Assembly: GCA_965202585.1 (NCBI GenBank)
Contig: OZ241828.1
Span: 15,066,001-15,130,000, forward strand
Direction: 5' to 3'
DNA from: Thalia democratica
Taxonomy: Eukaryota
DNA length: 64,000 nucleotides
Numbering within the stretch: position 1 is the first letter of the stretch; each line of letters starts with the position of its first letter. The notes beneath the pieces are model-generated. The model saw only the letters and a program-made list of their open reading frames with translations, was not told where the DNA came from and made no database searches. The position numbers and the translations under genes are program-made. Positions 26,601 through 38,600 of the stretch are shown here, piece by piece.

Positions 26601-29600
26601 CAACTTTTTGAGGCTTGTTCTCAGGCAAATCAGACGTTTTAAAGCTGGTTTCAGTTTTTGTTGACTCAATTTTTTCTGAAGGTTTTTTGCGAAGTTCCGT
26701 AGTAGTTTTAGAGCTTTCCACATCCTTTGACAAAGAATTTTCAGGCTTGGAAGGACCTTCAACGTTCTTCTCCTGAGCAGTCTTTAAAACTACTTCTTTT
26801 CCTTCAGAACCACTGGACTTCTTGCTGGTATTTTTGTCCTGAACACTAGAAGATTTCAAGTCTTCGTGCTGTGACATGCTCCTCGTTCTAGATCTTGACC
26901 GCCTTTCACTTCCAAGTTTTCCTTTCGAGCCAGATGAATCACCTTTTACTCGAGATCTACCTCTTTCGGAAGCAACGGGTTTAGTGACGCTTTTCTGGCC
27001 CTGCCTCGTCCTTGAAACAGACCTGGATCTGGTCTTTTGCAGGCGACTGGATTTCAGGTCTGTTTTGGTCACTAACTTATTAATCAAAGAGCCGCTTCTG
27101 CTGCGAGTAGCGGTTTTAGCACTAGGCCCAGTAGGTTTCGACTCAATTTTTTTCTTGTAGTTTTTACCTGTCTCAAGGCAAATATCCGGCTTTTTCGGGT
27201 CAACTTCCACAGCCTTCTCCGAAGAGCTGTTGGAGTTGGAAGAATTCGATTGTGAGTCGAATTCCGGTAACTGATCAACTCCCAGCCTTTCATCAATTTT
27301 TTCCTTGTTGACCCTGTCAACCTCTTCAGCGTTATTTTTGTTGCCTTCCTCGCAAACGCTCTGCCGCGTTTGGCTCCTCGTCCTCTTCCTTTTCATCCTC
27401 TGCTGTTCCTCCTTCTCCTTTTTTATCTCCAGACTGATCCTCCTTTTGGTGGCCTCCAACTTCTTTATGTAATTCGTCTTTTCGGGACTTTTCGCTTTGA
27501 AGCTCTCAATTTTTTTCTCCAGCTCCTTCTCCATTTCTCGTTTTTTGAGAATTTCCCTCACTCGTTCGGTGTACTTCAAACTTTTGTCTGTTTCAGCTTC
27601 CCCCACCACGACCGAGCCCTTTTCTATCTGGCTTCTCGTCGATCTGGTCCTGGGAGACGTCGGCGCGAAACTTTCTGCGAGCTTCTTCCTACTCTTAGGG
27701 TTGTTTTCTCCCGAGCCGTCGAAAAATTTGACGCTCTTCTTGGGAGAAACACCTTTTTTAGGAGAAAATTCAACCTGATTTTTCTTTCTGGGGCTTTTTC
27801 TTGTAGGATTTTTAGAGCTTGCTTCGGAAGATTTTTCCTGCAACTGATCAATACCCAGCCTTTCGTTTAATTCTTTTTTATTTTTGTTACTTTCTTCGTC
27901 ATCTGTGTTTTGGGCGTCCAGTTCTTTTCTGTTGTAGTGGTAGGTCTTCCAATTTCTGAAGAACTTCCTACATCTAGACATCCTGTTTAAAAATTTTAGT
28001 AATTAGTACATTTTATATTTTCAAAGTTTTACTTAATTGTATAGTTTTAGACCTAAATCTATTTGATAATTAAACGTATATATAAACCATGTTTTTTTTC
28101 AAAGTTTGTTAACTATAACAACAATTAGATTATATAGACAAAATAAACAAATTAATAAACAGCTATATAGCTTATATTTAAAGCTAAGTTGAAATAAACA
28201 AAAAAAATTATAAAACACAAGTAGTTAATATATATTATCAGTTATGAGCTAGGATTAGTATAAAGAGTTTTTTAACAGTTTGCCCATAGCAAAACTAAGT
28301 TTTAATTATTCGTAAGTGTGGAGACCTAAGGAGACTTTTATTAAACAATTTGAGCTAATTTTGAATGAGAAGATATTTAGATATAAATTCAAAATAAAAA
28401 AGTATTTACACAACTTTTACATTTCTTACACTTAGATTTTTTCTTGATTAAGTCAATAATTGTCCAAAAAACTTTAAGTTATGACGTCAGCAAACTGAAA
28501 TGTTTGAAATATAAAATTCGTTTTCAAAGTTTTTTGTTTCAATTAGTTTTACTTAAGGCTTTGTGTTGAACGTTTTTTATTTTTGTGTCTATTTGGAATA
28601 CAGTTTAGCTTTGTGTGTTTTAAGATAGGAAAAATGTCGTTCAGAAGACTCAAAATTAATTCGGAGAATCCAGTTTTGAAGAGTTTGATCAAAACCGAAA
28701 AAGATGAACTGACTTTAATGGCTAGGTTTAAATTTCAAGACAATTTTAAAAACTTTTTATCTTTTTTGCATAAATTAGCATACATTAACATCTTAGTTAA
28801 GCATAATATTTTTTTTAATAGTAAATATTGAATAGTTTGGTTTTGGTACTGGTTTTAATTAAAAAGTTTAAACATAACTGACTCATTTTCAAAAAAAAAG
28901 TTTATTTATTAATTTCGTTTAGCTCTTTTCAGAATAACATTGCTAAAAACTATGAATATTGTAGAGTAATTTTAGTTATATATAATGAATTTGAAAAGTC
29001 TAACAAAAAATAGTTACGTCATAAAGAATAAAAGTCTGTTTAGAAAAAGTTTGAAAAATAGAATAGAGCTATACTGAACTAACTTAAAGTAATTTATAAG
29101 ACAAAATTGCTAAAACAAAAACATTTAAAATAGTATAAATTTTTACCTTAAACTAAATTAAATAAAAAGCACATTAAAAATACGACAATAACAACAACGA
29201 AAAATAATACTACTAAAGACCCTATTTGTAAAGTTTTAAATTGTAAAAATCTCTTTGTTTGCAAATTTTTGGCTCGCGAGATCTAATAAATAGAGATTCT
29301 AGAACTGAAAGATGGTAGGTGTTTCTAGCTCGGGATAGGATTTCGAACCTATTATCCAGGTAGTTCTCGGCACAAACAGGGTTGTTGAGGAGGTGCTGAT
29401 TTTGTCTTATAAATTACTTTAAGTTAGTTCAGTATAGCTCTATTCTATTTTTCAAACTTTTTCTAAACAGACTTTTATTCTTTATGACGTAACTATTTTT
29501 TGTTAGACTTTTCAAATTCATTATATATAACTAAAATTACTCTACAATATTCATAGTTTTTAGCAATGTTATTCTGAAGAGAGCTAAACGAAATTAATAA

Positions 29601-32600
29601 ATAAACTTTTTTTTTGAAAATGAGTCAGTTATGTTTAAACTTTTTAAGTAAATATTGCATTATTGCATTGCTTTTTTATTCTGTTTGTCTGATTTAAAGC
29701 TTGAAAATATACTTTGCAGTTTCAGCTCTACGAAAATCAAACCTAAAAATGAGAAAAAGAAAGTCAAGCAACAAGAAAAAGTTTGTTAAGACTTATCTGT
29801 TTTGATCAGTTTACGAGTTAAACTTCAAGTTATTCTAGAAGCCGTATTACCTTCATTATTTTGGTCAATTTCAAATATTCAAGTGACAATACTTGATAAG
29901 TAAAGATTTATTAAAGCTTGTTTATCCAACTGTTTCTAAATTTGTTTATACCAAGGTCATTGTTTTGCTTATTATTACAACTTTTGAAAATTGCTATTAC
30001 AACATAAATAATAATAAATAATACAAGCTTTTGACAAAAAACAGACATATGCAGTAGATACAAAATTTCTACTTTTCCAGGTGTTTGGAAACCCGAAAGC
30101 TATTAGACTGATTCAAAGTATATCACAGCAATCAAACAGGCATGTTAACCACAACAACAAGAAAATAAATAAAATCACGAAACTTGACAAATTAAACAAA
30201 AAATTAAATAATCAAGTTCCACAAGTTTGTAGCGGTCCTTTAAACAGCGGTAGAGTTAATACAAAAGTAAGAAGCTTGCACAAGTTAACGTCGGCTATAA
30301 AGTTGAAGTTTAGTGATCAAAACATTAATAAGAAAAAAGTTACTTGGGTAGACCAAGTTAAAGGATCGAGCATTGCAAAGTAAGTTTAAATAATATTTGG
30401 TAAATTATAGGCAAAACACTTTGAATTTTGACTTAAAAATATAGATTATCTTTTATTAGTTAACATCTTACGCTTTATACTTTATTTATAGTAGATACAG
30501 AATAAAAGATAAGAACTTAATATATTTTATTTTAACTTGATTTTTTTTAGTTATTTATTAATAATATGTATTAACTTTCTTGGTTTATTTTTTAATTTAG
30601 ATACAGTACGATGATTTACGACCACAAATTGAGGAAGTTCAGAGAACAAAACGAAAACGAAAATATTGACGACATAACTACGACTTCTACTTTTCATTGT
30701 AATTGCAGGTAAAATTAAAATATTCCATGTTAAAATATTAGTTAACAAGAGATTTCAAAAGAGTTTGTTTCTCTATTTTTATACAAATTTAAAACATTAA
30801 AGAGTATGTACTTTCTGTTGTCATTCAGATAAAAGCATTTGAATTAATTTGGCAATTAACCACAATTAATTTTACTAATTTTTGTAAAAGAGTAACAGTT
30901 TTTTTAAAGTTCTGTACTAGTGTGAAGCTTATATCACATTGGATAAATTTAATTTATAAACGAATTTTTTCCGTTGTAATTCAGGTAAAACCTTATTGTG
31001 ACTTCTGCGCCAATTTATCACGAAAGTTTATTATGACATCACTAATGAAACATTGAGTCATAACTATTACGTCATAGTAAACGTTGTGCCAACCGAGTGC
31101 ACTTTAAGTTGTTTGTCGAGCAAAAACTTAATAAATTGAACAAATACTCGTATCTAATTAAATCTTGACAAACAAGTCAACTTAGTTTTCGTTTAAATTA
31201 CTCTTTAATTTTCATTAAACATGGTCAAATGTCATATAAGACTTATTGAATTGATAGATAAAATAGTTTTTTTTTTTTAATTCTTGAGATAAGTTTTGTA
31301 TCATTGTTATTATAATTTAATTTTCAGAGACATAAGAGAATGTCCATTGCAAGGCAGCTGTTTGTCGAAAAACATAAAGTTCAAGATAAAAGTGGAGAAC
31401 AACAACCAAGTTAAAACTTTTTACGGAACATGCAAGAACTCTACTTTTAAGAGCAGGTTCTATCAGATCAAGCATTTGATGAAAAATAGAAATATGACGT
31501 ACATGAATCCATTTGCGAGGTTAGTAAAAAAAATTATATATTAAACTTATGTCCATTTGCAAGTACAAGCTATGTGCTGTTATGTTGATTTTTACTGGTA
31601 AGTTGTTGTTTATTTGCTTAATTAATATTACTTGATGAAAAATTGAAGTATGTCGTACATTAGTCCATTTCAAGGTTAGTAATATTTAAGTATTTTTAAT
31701 ATAATAGCTTTCATATACTTCTTTGCAAGTTGAAATATTCTGTTCATTTTTCCTTGTAAATTTTGGTGAGTTTGCAAGGTTGGATGCAGTTTTTTGCAGT
31801 TCAAAATTACAATTACCAGGGAACCTTTTTCAATTAAAACCATAACAATAACTGTTTAAACGTTATCCAACTTTGTTGTTTGTAATGTAGCATTTGATCA
31901 AAGTTGGTGGTATTAGAGCGTTTTGCAGGGTAAATATTTCAAATTTGTTAAATTTCCACCATGATGAATGAACTTTTTCTTCAAGGTGTGCTGTAATTAC
32001 GAGGTCGTATAGGTGGGTTGAACTTTGAACGTTCAAAATGTTGACAGTTTGTAAAAAAAATAAGAAGTGTGTGTTATTGGTGTTTTAAATAAAAATAAAT
32101 AAACATTAACTCGTTTACAAGGTAGTCAATTGTACTTTTAGTTGGGTGCTTAAACTTTTGGTTTACAGTATTAAAACTGAGGAAAAGGACATTGTTAAAA
32201 CTAAATTATTTTATACATACATTTAAACTTAATCAATTTATGAGATAAACCATGTATAATGTATTGTAAATATGTGTTAATATGCTGTTGAGTCTGTATT
32301 TAGTTTTAGCTGTTTTTTTTTTTTGTAAAATTAGCTAAAAGCTATTTTCAGTAGGAAAAGATCAAAGAGTTTGTAATTGTGTAATTATGGTTTTGAAAAC
32401 TCATAATGTGTTTACAAACAGACAAAAAAGCCATTAACTCTCTCTAATCTACATCTCACACGTAAAAGGTGAAAACTTCACTTTTACAACAAGTTCAGAC
32501 AAAAAAAAATCCTACATAAAAGTTTGCTAACTTAACAAAGTTCAAGTAAACTCTAAACATAGCAACTTTGAAAAACTTCAGTATATTTATGTCTAAAACC

Positions 32601-35600
32601 TCTAAATGACCAAGTTTAAAAACCTAAATACTTATATATATGTTACTAAAAAAACAACATAAAAAAACAAGTAAATAAATTAGTAAGTAGTGGCTGTATC
32701 TTTAACAGTTGATAAAACATTTATAATCTGACGTACAAGACAATGTAACTTTTTATATAAATAATTCATGGGAGATTTAAAACAATTTCAGCCAAGTAAA
32801 TGGGTTTATTCAATTTGTTTCTTTTTCATAAGAAACTTTTCCTTCATTTTTAAATTATTTATAAACAACAAGATTTGGTTGGGGAAACTTTGAATAGATT
32901 TAGTAACTGGCCAAAATTTAAAATAAAACAACAAAATTTATCGACTTTAATAGCGACTAAAATAACTTTGAAGCTTATCTTAGAAATGAAACAGTTTTTT
33001 TTTTATTATAATTTTAAATACTTATGTCCAGCCTAAAGGCTTTTATCTAAATAGGGAAGTTTTAAATAGAAATTTTTATAATTTTAAAAGGCAAAAAATT
33101 ACATTGAAGAAACTATAAATTGATAAAAATCAATTAAAACTTAAATTTGATGATAACTAAATTTTCAATTTTATTTTCTTATATAAAACAACACTTTAAA
33201 ATAAAATAAATTGTTTTTGGTAAAATCTAAAATTCCTAATTCACAATTTCTATACTGAAACACATATATATTTAAACCTTATTATTTTAAGTCTATCAAA
33301 GACGTGGTATAAAAATAAAAGCAGCAAAAATAAAACAAACTGGTAAATAAACAAACTTTGTAAAAACAATGAACTTAGTTAAACAAACAAAATTGCCACG
33401 AGTTTTGTATGTAAACTTTAAACGAGCGAATAATTAGTATTTGCAAAACAAATAAATAAAAAAACACGAGTTAACTGGATTACTAGTTGTTAAATTCTTA
33501 GTTTAACTTATGATTTTAAATAAAAAACGGGTTTTATACATAAAATTATTTAAAATTTTACAAACAACCCAAACAAGTAATTTTTCGTTGAAACACGCAG
33601 ACTCAATATTGACGAAATAAATAAAAAGTCGGATTTACAAACTTAATTTTAAGAAGTAAATTTTCGGATTAAATTTTTTTCAACAGAATTATAAACAACT
33701 CAGAAAAAATTGTTTAATTTTTATACGTTACCCAAAACAAATAAACAAAAAACACGAGTTAACTGGATTACTTGTTAACTTTAAGAGAAACTTGCAGACT
33801 TTTTAATAAAATAATTAATTTTATACATAGAAATTATCAAAACTTTACAAACACCCAGAACAATTTGTTTTCCCTAAAAAAAAAATTCGATATTGAAAAA
33901 TAAATAGAAAATTGGATTTTACAAACTTAACTATAAGAAGCAAGTTTTCGGTTTAAAATTCTTTTCAACACAGTTATAAACAAGCAAAATTCGTTTAAAT
34001 TTCAACACGTAGACCAATAGGTTACAAAGAAGCGCAACTCGATACTACTCAAATTTCAGCAAAATTACTCAAATTTCAACTAACTAACGGGCAAAACGTT
34101 TTTGCTTTGTAAATAAATTCAAGTTAGTTCACACGCCAGGCGCAAAGTTTAAATTTGAACTATTTTATATTACTTAGCAAAAAACAATTTTTGGTTTAAA
34201 CAGCAAACTAAATAAAAACTGAGTTCAGCTGTTAACATTTAAAAGCAGATTAATAAAAAGTTAACAAAACAAAAATATAATGCATTTCAGCTCGAAAACT
34301 TGCCTAGTATTAACAAATCTATTCAAATTTGCTAAAATAAATTATTAAAAAACATTTGATTATAAGTAAGTTGTATAAATAGGAGTATGATATGTAGAAA
34401 CTCTATAAAATAAATAAAAAAGTAATTTATAATTTCAGTTGTTCTGCTTTGCTTTTTGTTTAATTATTTCTGTTTAAAACCTCAAAATGTTATCCAAAAA
34501 GTTTACTCAAATTTTGTCACGAGTGAAAAATATAAACTACTTGCTCATAACAAAATTTGTTCAAAGAAAGAAGTCTGTTAGTCGGATATAAAACAAACAG
34601 AGTAATTTAGCTTTTTCTGTTTGGTAATTTAGTCGCAAATAAGTGACACACAAGTCTCTTATTATCTTGCCAGCCAATTTCGTCGAAACTTTAAGAATTT
34701 ATCGATTCTTCAAGTTTCGACCGTTATATTGTTTGTCGTGGTTTCAGTTGTTAGTTACTTTTTTAGCTGTTTTTATTTGTTTCTTTTTATATGATTACTT
34801 TTGCATGTAAAAATGATGGTTTATCTTTTGTATGACTACTTTTTCCGAATATGTAAATTTGCAAAAGATAATTAACACAATCTTAAGAATACTTACATAA
34901 CTTTCTTTTAATCATATTTTTAATGTATAAAACCTAAAATTCAAAAATAAAAATGTTAACGTTTTAAAAGGTCAGGCTAATACATTACAGTTTGGTTTCA
35001 GTTTCATTTTGAGTGTGATTAATGTATATGCAGCTAGGTTAACTTTGTTTATTTACTCATTTATAACAAACTTTAATGACAGTATTTTCGTTTGTCAGCA
35101 TATAACGGTTTAAGTTTAAACCAACAAATAAATATATTCTATACTGGTAAAAATATACATTTTTTTAATAAAAACTATGATAATAAAACAAAGCGATTAA
35201 GACTTTACAACAGATAACCAACTATTTAACTGTTAAACCTATAAAATAAAAAACAAATTAAAGTTTCAACTTTTAAGCTTTAGTAACCAACCGCAAAAAT
35301 TTCAGTATTCATAACTCAAAACAAATAAAACACTAAGAAGTTTTATAGATAGACTTTAAATATATTTTACTTATACTAAAAACTAGCAAATAAGTTTTGT
35401 AACAAAAATAAACCAATTTTTCTTACATAAATTTCAAACCAAAAGTTCAAACTAAACTCATAGAATTCTTAATAAATCAAAAGCTTAACAAAACTTCTTT
35501 AAACTTTTCTTACTTAAATACACTGAAAGTTTGAAACCGGTAACTTTGTATTGAGTGTGTATAGAGAAAAAACGAAAAGTTTCTCTTGGTAATTCGAGAC

Positions 35601-38600
35601 TGTTACGTCATAGTTGACTTAAGTGAGAGAATTGCCGATTATATAGCATTGTGTGTGTGCGAAATTTTTGGTGAATAGTTTTCAAAATTATTTTTTAGGG
35701 AAAATATGAAGTGTATATGTGTGAACTGTAATTCACTGGGCTAAATTATTATCAACAGTATTGCTTATTAAATTGACTTAAAATACGTGAAACAAGCACT
35801 TTCAAACATAAGTCACTAAAATATAATACTTGTGTGTGTGTGTGTGTAATTCGCAAGGATTGTTTGACATTAACTTATTATGACCCTTGTAAAGTTTCCT
35901 GAATGGTAGTTTATGAGTTGTTTAGAGTCTAAATGTCAACAACATTTGTATGTTAAATATATATGTAATATTATTTTACTATTGTGTGTGTGTGTACTTG
36001 AAAGCCTTTTTTGTTTCTTCCATAAATAAAACTTTTTGATTTATCAAAAACGTCTCATTTAAATTGAATAATTAATATAATTAGTACGAGTTACTGGTTT
36101 GTTCCATAATATTCATGTAACAAAAGCTAAAAAATAATATTGTGTGTTAACAAGTAACTAAAATTTACTTTCTAGATTATTTTAACGTTGCTTATGGTTT
36201 ACTATCAACTTTAAAACTGACTTTATGCCAAGTGATTTTAATTTTTGTGCATAAATATGGTTGAAAAATAGAATTAAACTTTTTATTCTATTTGAATAAT
36301 TAATATAACTAATACGAGTTACCGGTTTGGTTTAAAATATTTGTGCAACAAAAATTAAAAAATAGTTATGTGTGTTTATAAGTAATTAAAATTGACTGTT
36401 TCACACTATTTTAATGTTGCTTATGGTTTACTATTAGTTTTAAAACTGACTTTGTGTAAAGTGGTTTTTGTTTTTTAAATGTTTATGGTTGAAAAATAAG
36501 ATTATAATTTGCTAGCCAATGTGTGTGTCTCTTTGCGAATCAACCTTAAATTGACCCTATATTGCGAACTTAATAAGATATTGTTTGCGTTGTATTATTT
36601 TAAATTTTTCCTGAGAAAATGAGTGTTAAATATAAGTAAATTTGTGTAAAGAGTATTTCTTTTACTAAATAAATTAAGTTTAAACAGTTGCATTTCAAAA
36701 ACCAATAATTTAATCCTCTTTGAACAATGCAATTCTGTGAAAACGTAAAATTTAAGCGCTGCGTAACTTGATACGGCGGAAAATTACTGTTTAATATAAG
36801 TTCCCGCGTTTCAATACACAAAGCTGCAATTTATATGTGAGAGAAACTTTTTTTGGATAAAAGCTTTGCTGAGTTTAAGTATTTTTTTGCCTCTATCAAC
36901 ATTATTCTAACAAAACTTTAAAGTTTATTTATGTTAGGTTTTGACTTGTTACTCATCTTTGAATTACTGTCAAATGTAGCATCATATTTACTTCAATTCT
37001 TGTTTATATGTAAATACGCATATATGCTAATGCTTTGTTTGATAAAGTCTGCTTAGTGTTTTAATTTTGAATTCCTTGACGCTGAAATCAAGTTTTCATT
37101 AAATTTCATGAAGTATTTTGTAATATTTTCATTTACAGCAGCGTAGTAGAGACTTTAATGTTGATTGAAATAAAAAAAGGTAAATGTTCCGGTTTTAAAG
37201 TCTAGATAACTTAAACATATGTAAATGAAAAATAACTTATGTCTAATCGTAAGCTTAAATTTATATCTTGTTAAAAGTTTTTTGCGATTTTGTTAGCGCA
37301 AATTAAATTCAAACATTTTTATGTTTGAACATTGTTGCTGTTTAATTAGAAGTTATTTTGGGCTAAAGTTTTTGAAAACTAAGGTTTAAGAAAAATTAGT
37401 AAATTGCAGAATTAAATTAATTATTCTATAACTTATTTGATCGCACATCACTGATAAAACATACTTTAATAACCCAATTATCAAGCTAGATATAATATGG
37501 TTAATAAGTTAATAGTGGTTGTTAAATTATTTATTTAAGTCTCACTGATTTTTTGACTTCATCTGAACAGTTTAGTTCGCAATATTTGGCCTTTCAAAAC
37601 TTTTTGTGAAATTAATTTTTAAATTTAACTTTTTTTTTCTAGATACATCTGGAAACTTAAAAGGAAGAAGGAAAGTTTCGACGTGCAGTACAGAGTGGTT
37701 GACCAGCCTGCAGTCAGCACAGGTAGTAGTGGCAGCAAGAAATCGTGTTCGTGCAGAGTCAGAGTGAGCGGAAAGACAAGCAAGAAGGTGAAGAAATAAG
37801 AAGGGCAACAGTGGAAATTTTGTTCTTGTTTTTTTTTATTTGTCTAATATTTAGAAGTTAGTAACTTGAAAACAATAAAATGTAAAAAAACTGAAATTTA
37901 TTAACTTATGATTGCAATTAGTATGTTAATATTTTTATATATTTTATCTATTACATATTTATAACAAATACATAATGTTTTAATACAAAAAACATTCTGT
38001 AAATTTAAATAATCAGTGACTACTAATTATGAGTTAGAAAACTTAGATTGGTATAAGGTATTAGATCTTATTAAAAATTATTTAACAACCAAATAACAAG
38101 CTTAATAATACAAATTTAAAAACCTGTCGCCTTTTATCATTTATAATTCTAAAAAAACTTGAAATTATTATTTTAATTCACTAATTGCTAATAAATTAAT
38201 ATATTTTATTGTTTTTATATTAATCAAAGTAAATATTCAATATAACTTTTAAATACTAATTGTTAAACGAGTTCAGTTTAATGGTTATGCATTGAATGTT
38301 GCAAAACAAAAGAATAAAATATTTTATAAGCAATACAACATTTTTTCAACATTTATTACTGAAATATCATTTAAGCAAAACACAATCTGAAGCGCCTTAC
38401 TTAAAAGCCAAGCGTATAAACTAAGAAAACTTTGAAAACAAAACTGCAATCGAGTTTTATTTTTAATCAGCTCACTACCTGCAGCACGATGACACGAAGA
38501 AAAGTTTGCTTAAAAATATAATACATAATGGTAAGTTTACAAACTACTTGTAACATAAAAAGTTCTTCTTCCTTTTTAAAAAGTAGGCGTGCAAAATTTT

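Larger units (their letters stand above)
28859..29647 (-). mobile_element. Young 5'-truncated Penelope-like retroelement with inverted pLTR arms (28859-29107 and 29399-29647)
   Basis: The 249-bp arms differ at one base. The loop holds an intact PLE ORF C-terminus at 29398-29222 (QHLLNNPVCAENYLDNRFEILSRARNTYHLSVLESLFIRSREPKICKQRDFYNLKLYK*) followed by a T-rich 3' region. The arms contain a hammerhead motif. Confidence 0.9.

Noticed and set aside
20774-27870. Long + strand ORFs (20774-21952, 22070-22696, 24688-25125, 27370-27870 and others)
   Set aside because: Antisense shadows of the K/E/S/T-rich exon 5, whose reverse codons rarely give stops; no domain signal.
29320-29375. tRNA/SINE-like T-arm (ATAGG-TTCGAAAT-CCTAT) on the minus strand
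   Set aside because: No full cloverleaf; the sequence is explained as PLE coding (DNRFEILSR).
28859-29647. Interpretation as a foldback DNA transposon or inverted target-site duplication
   Set aside because: The loop encodes a PLE endonuclease C-terminus and the arms carry a PLE-type hammerhead, so the arms are element-derived pLTRs.
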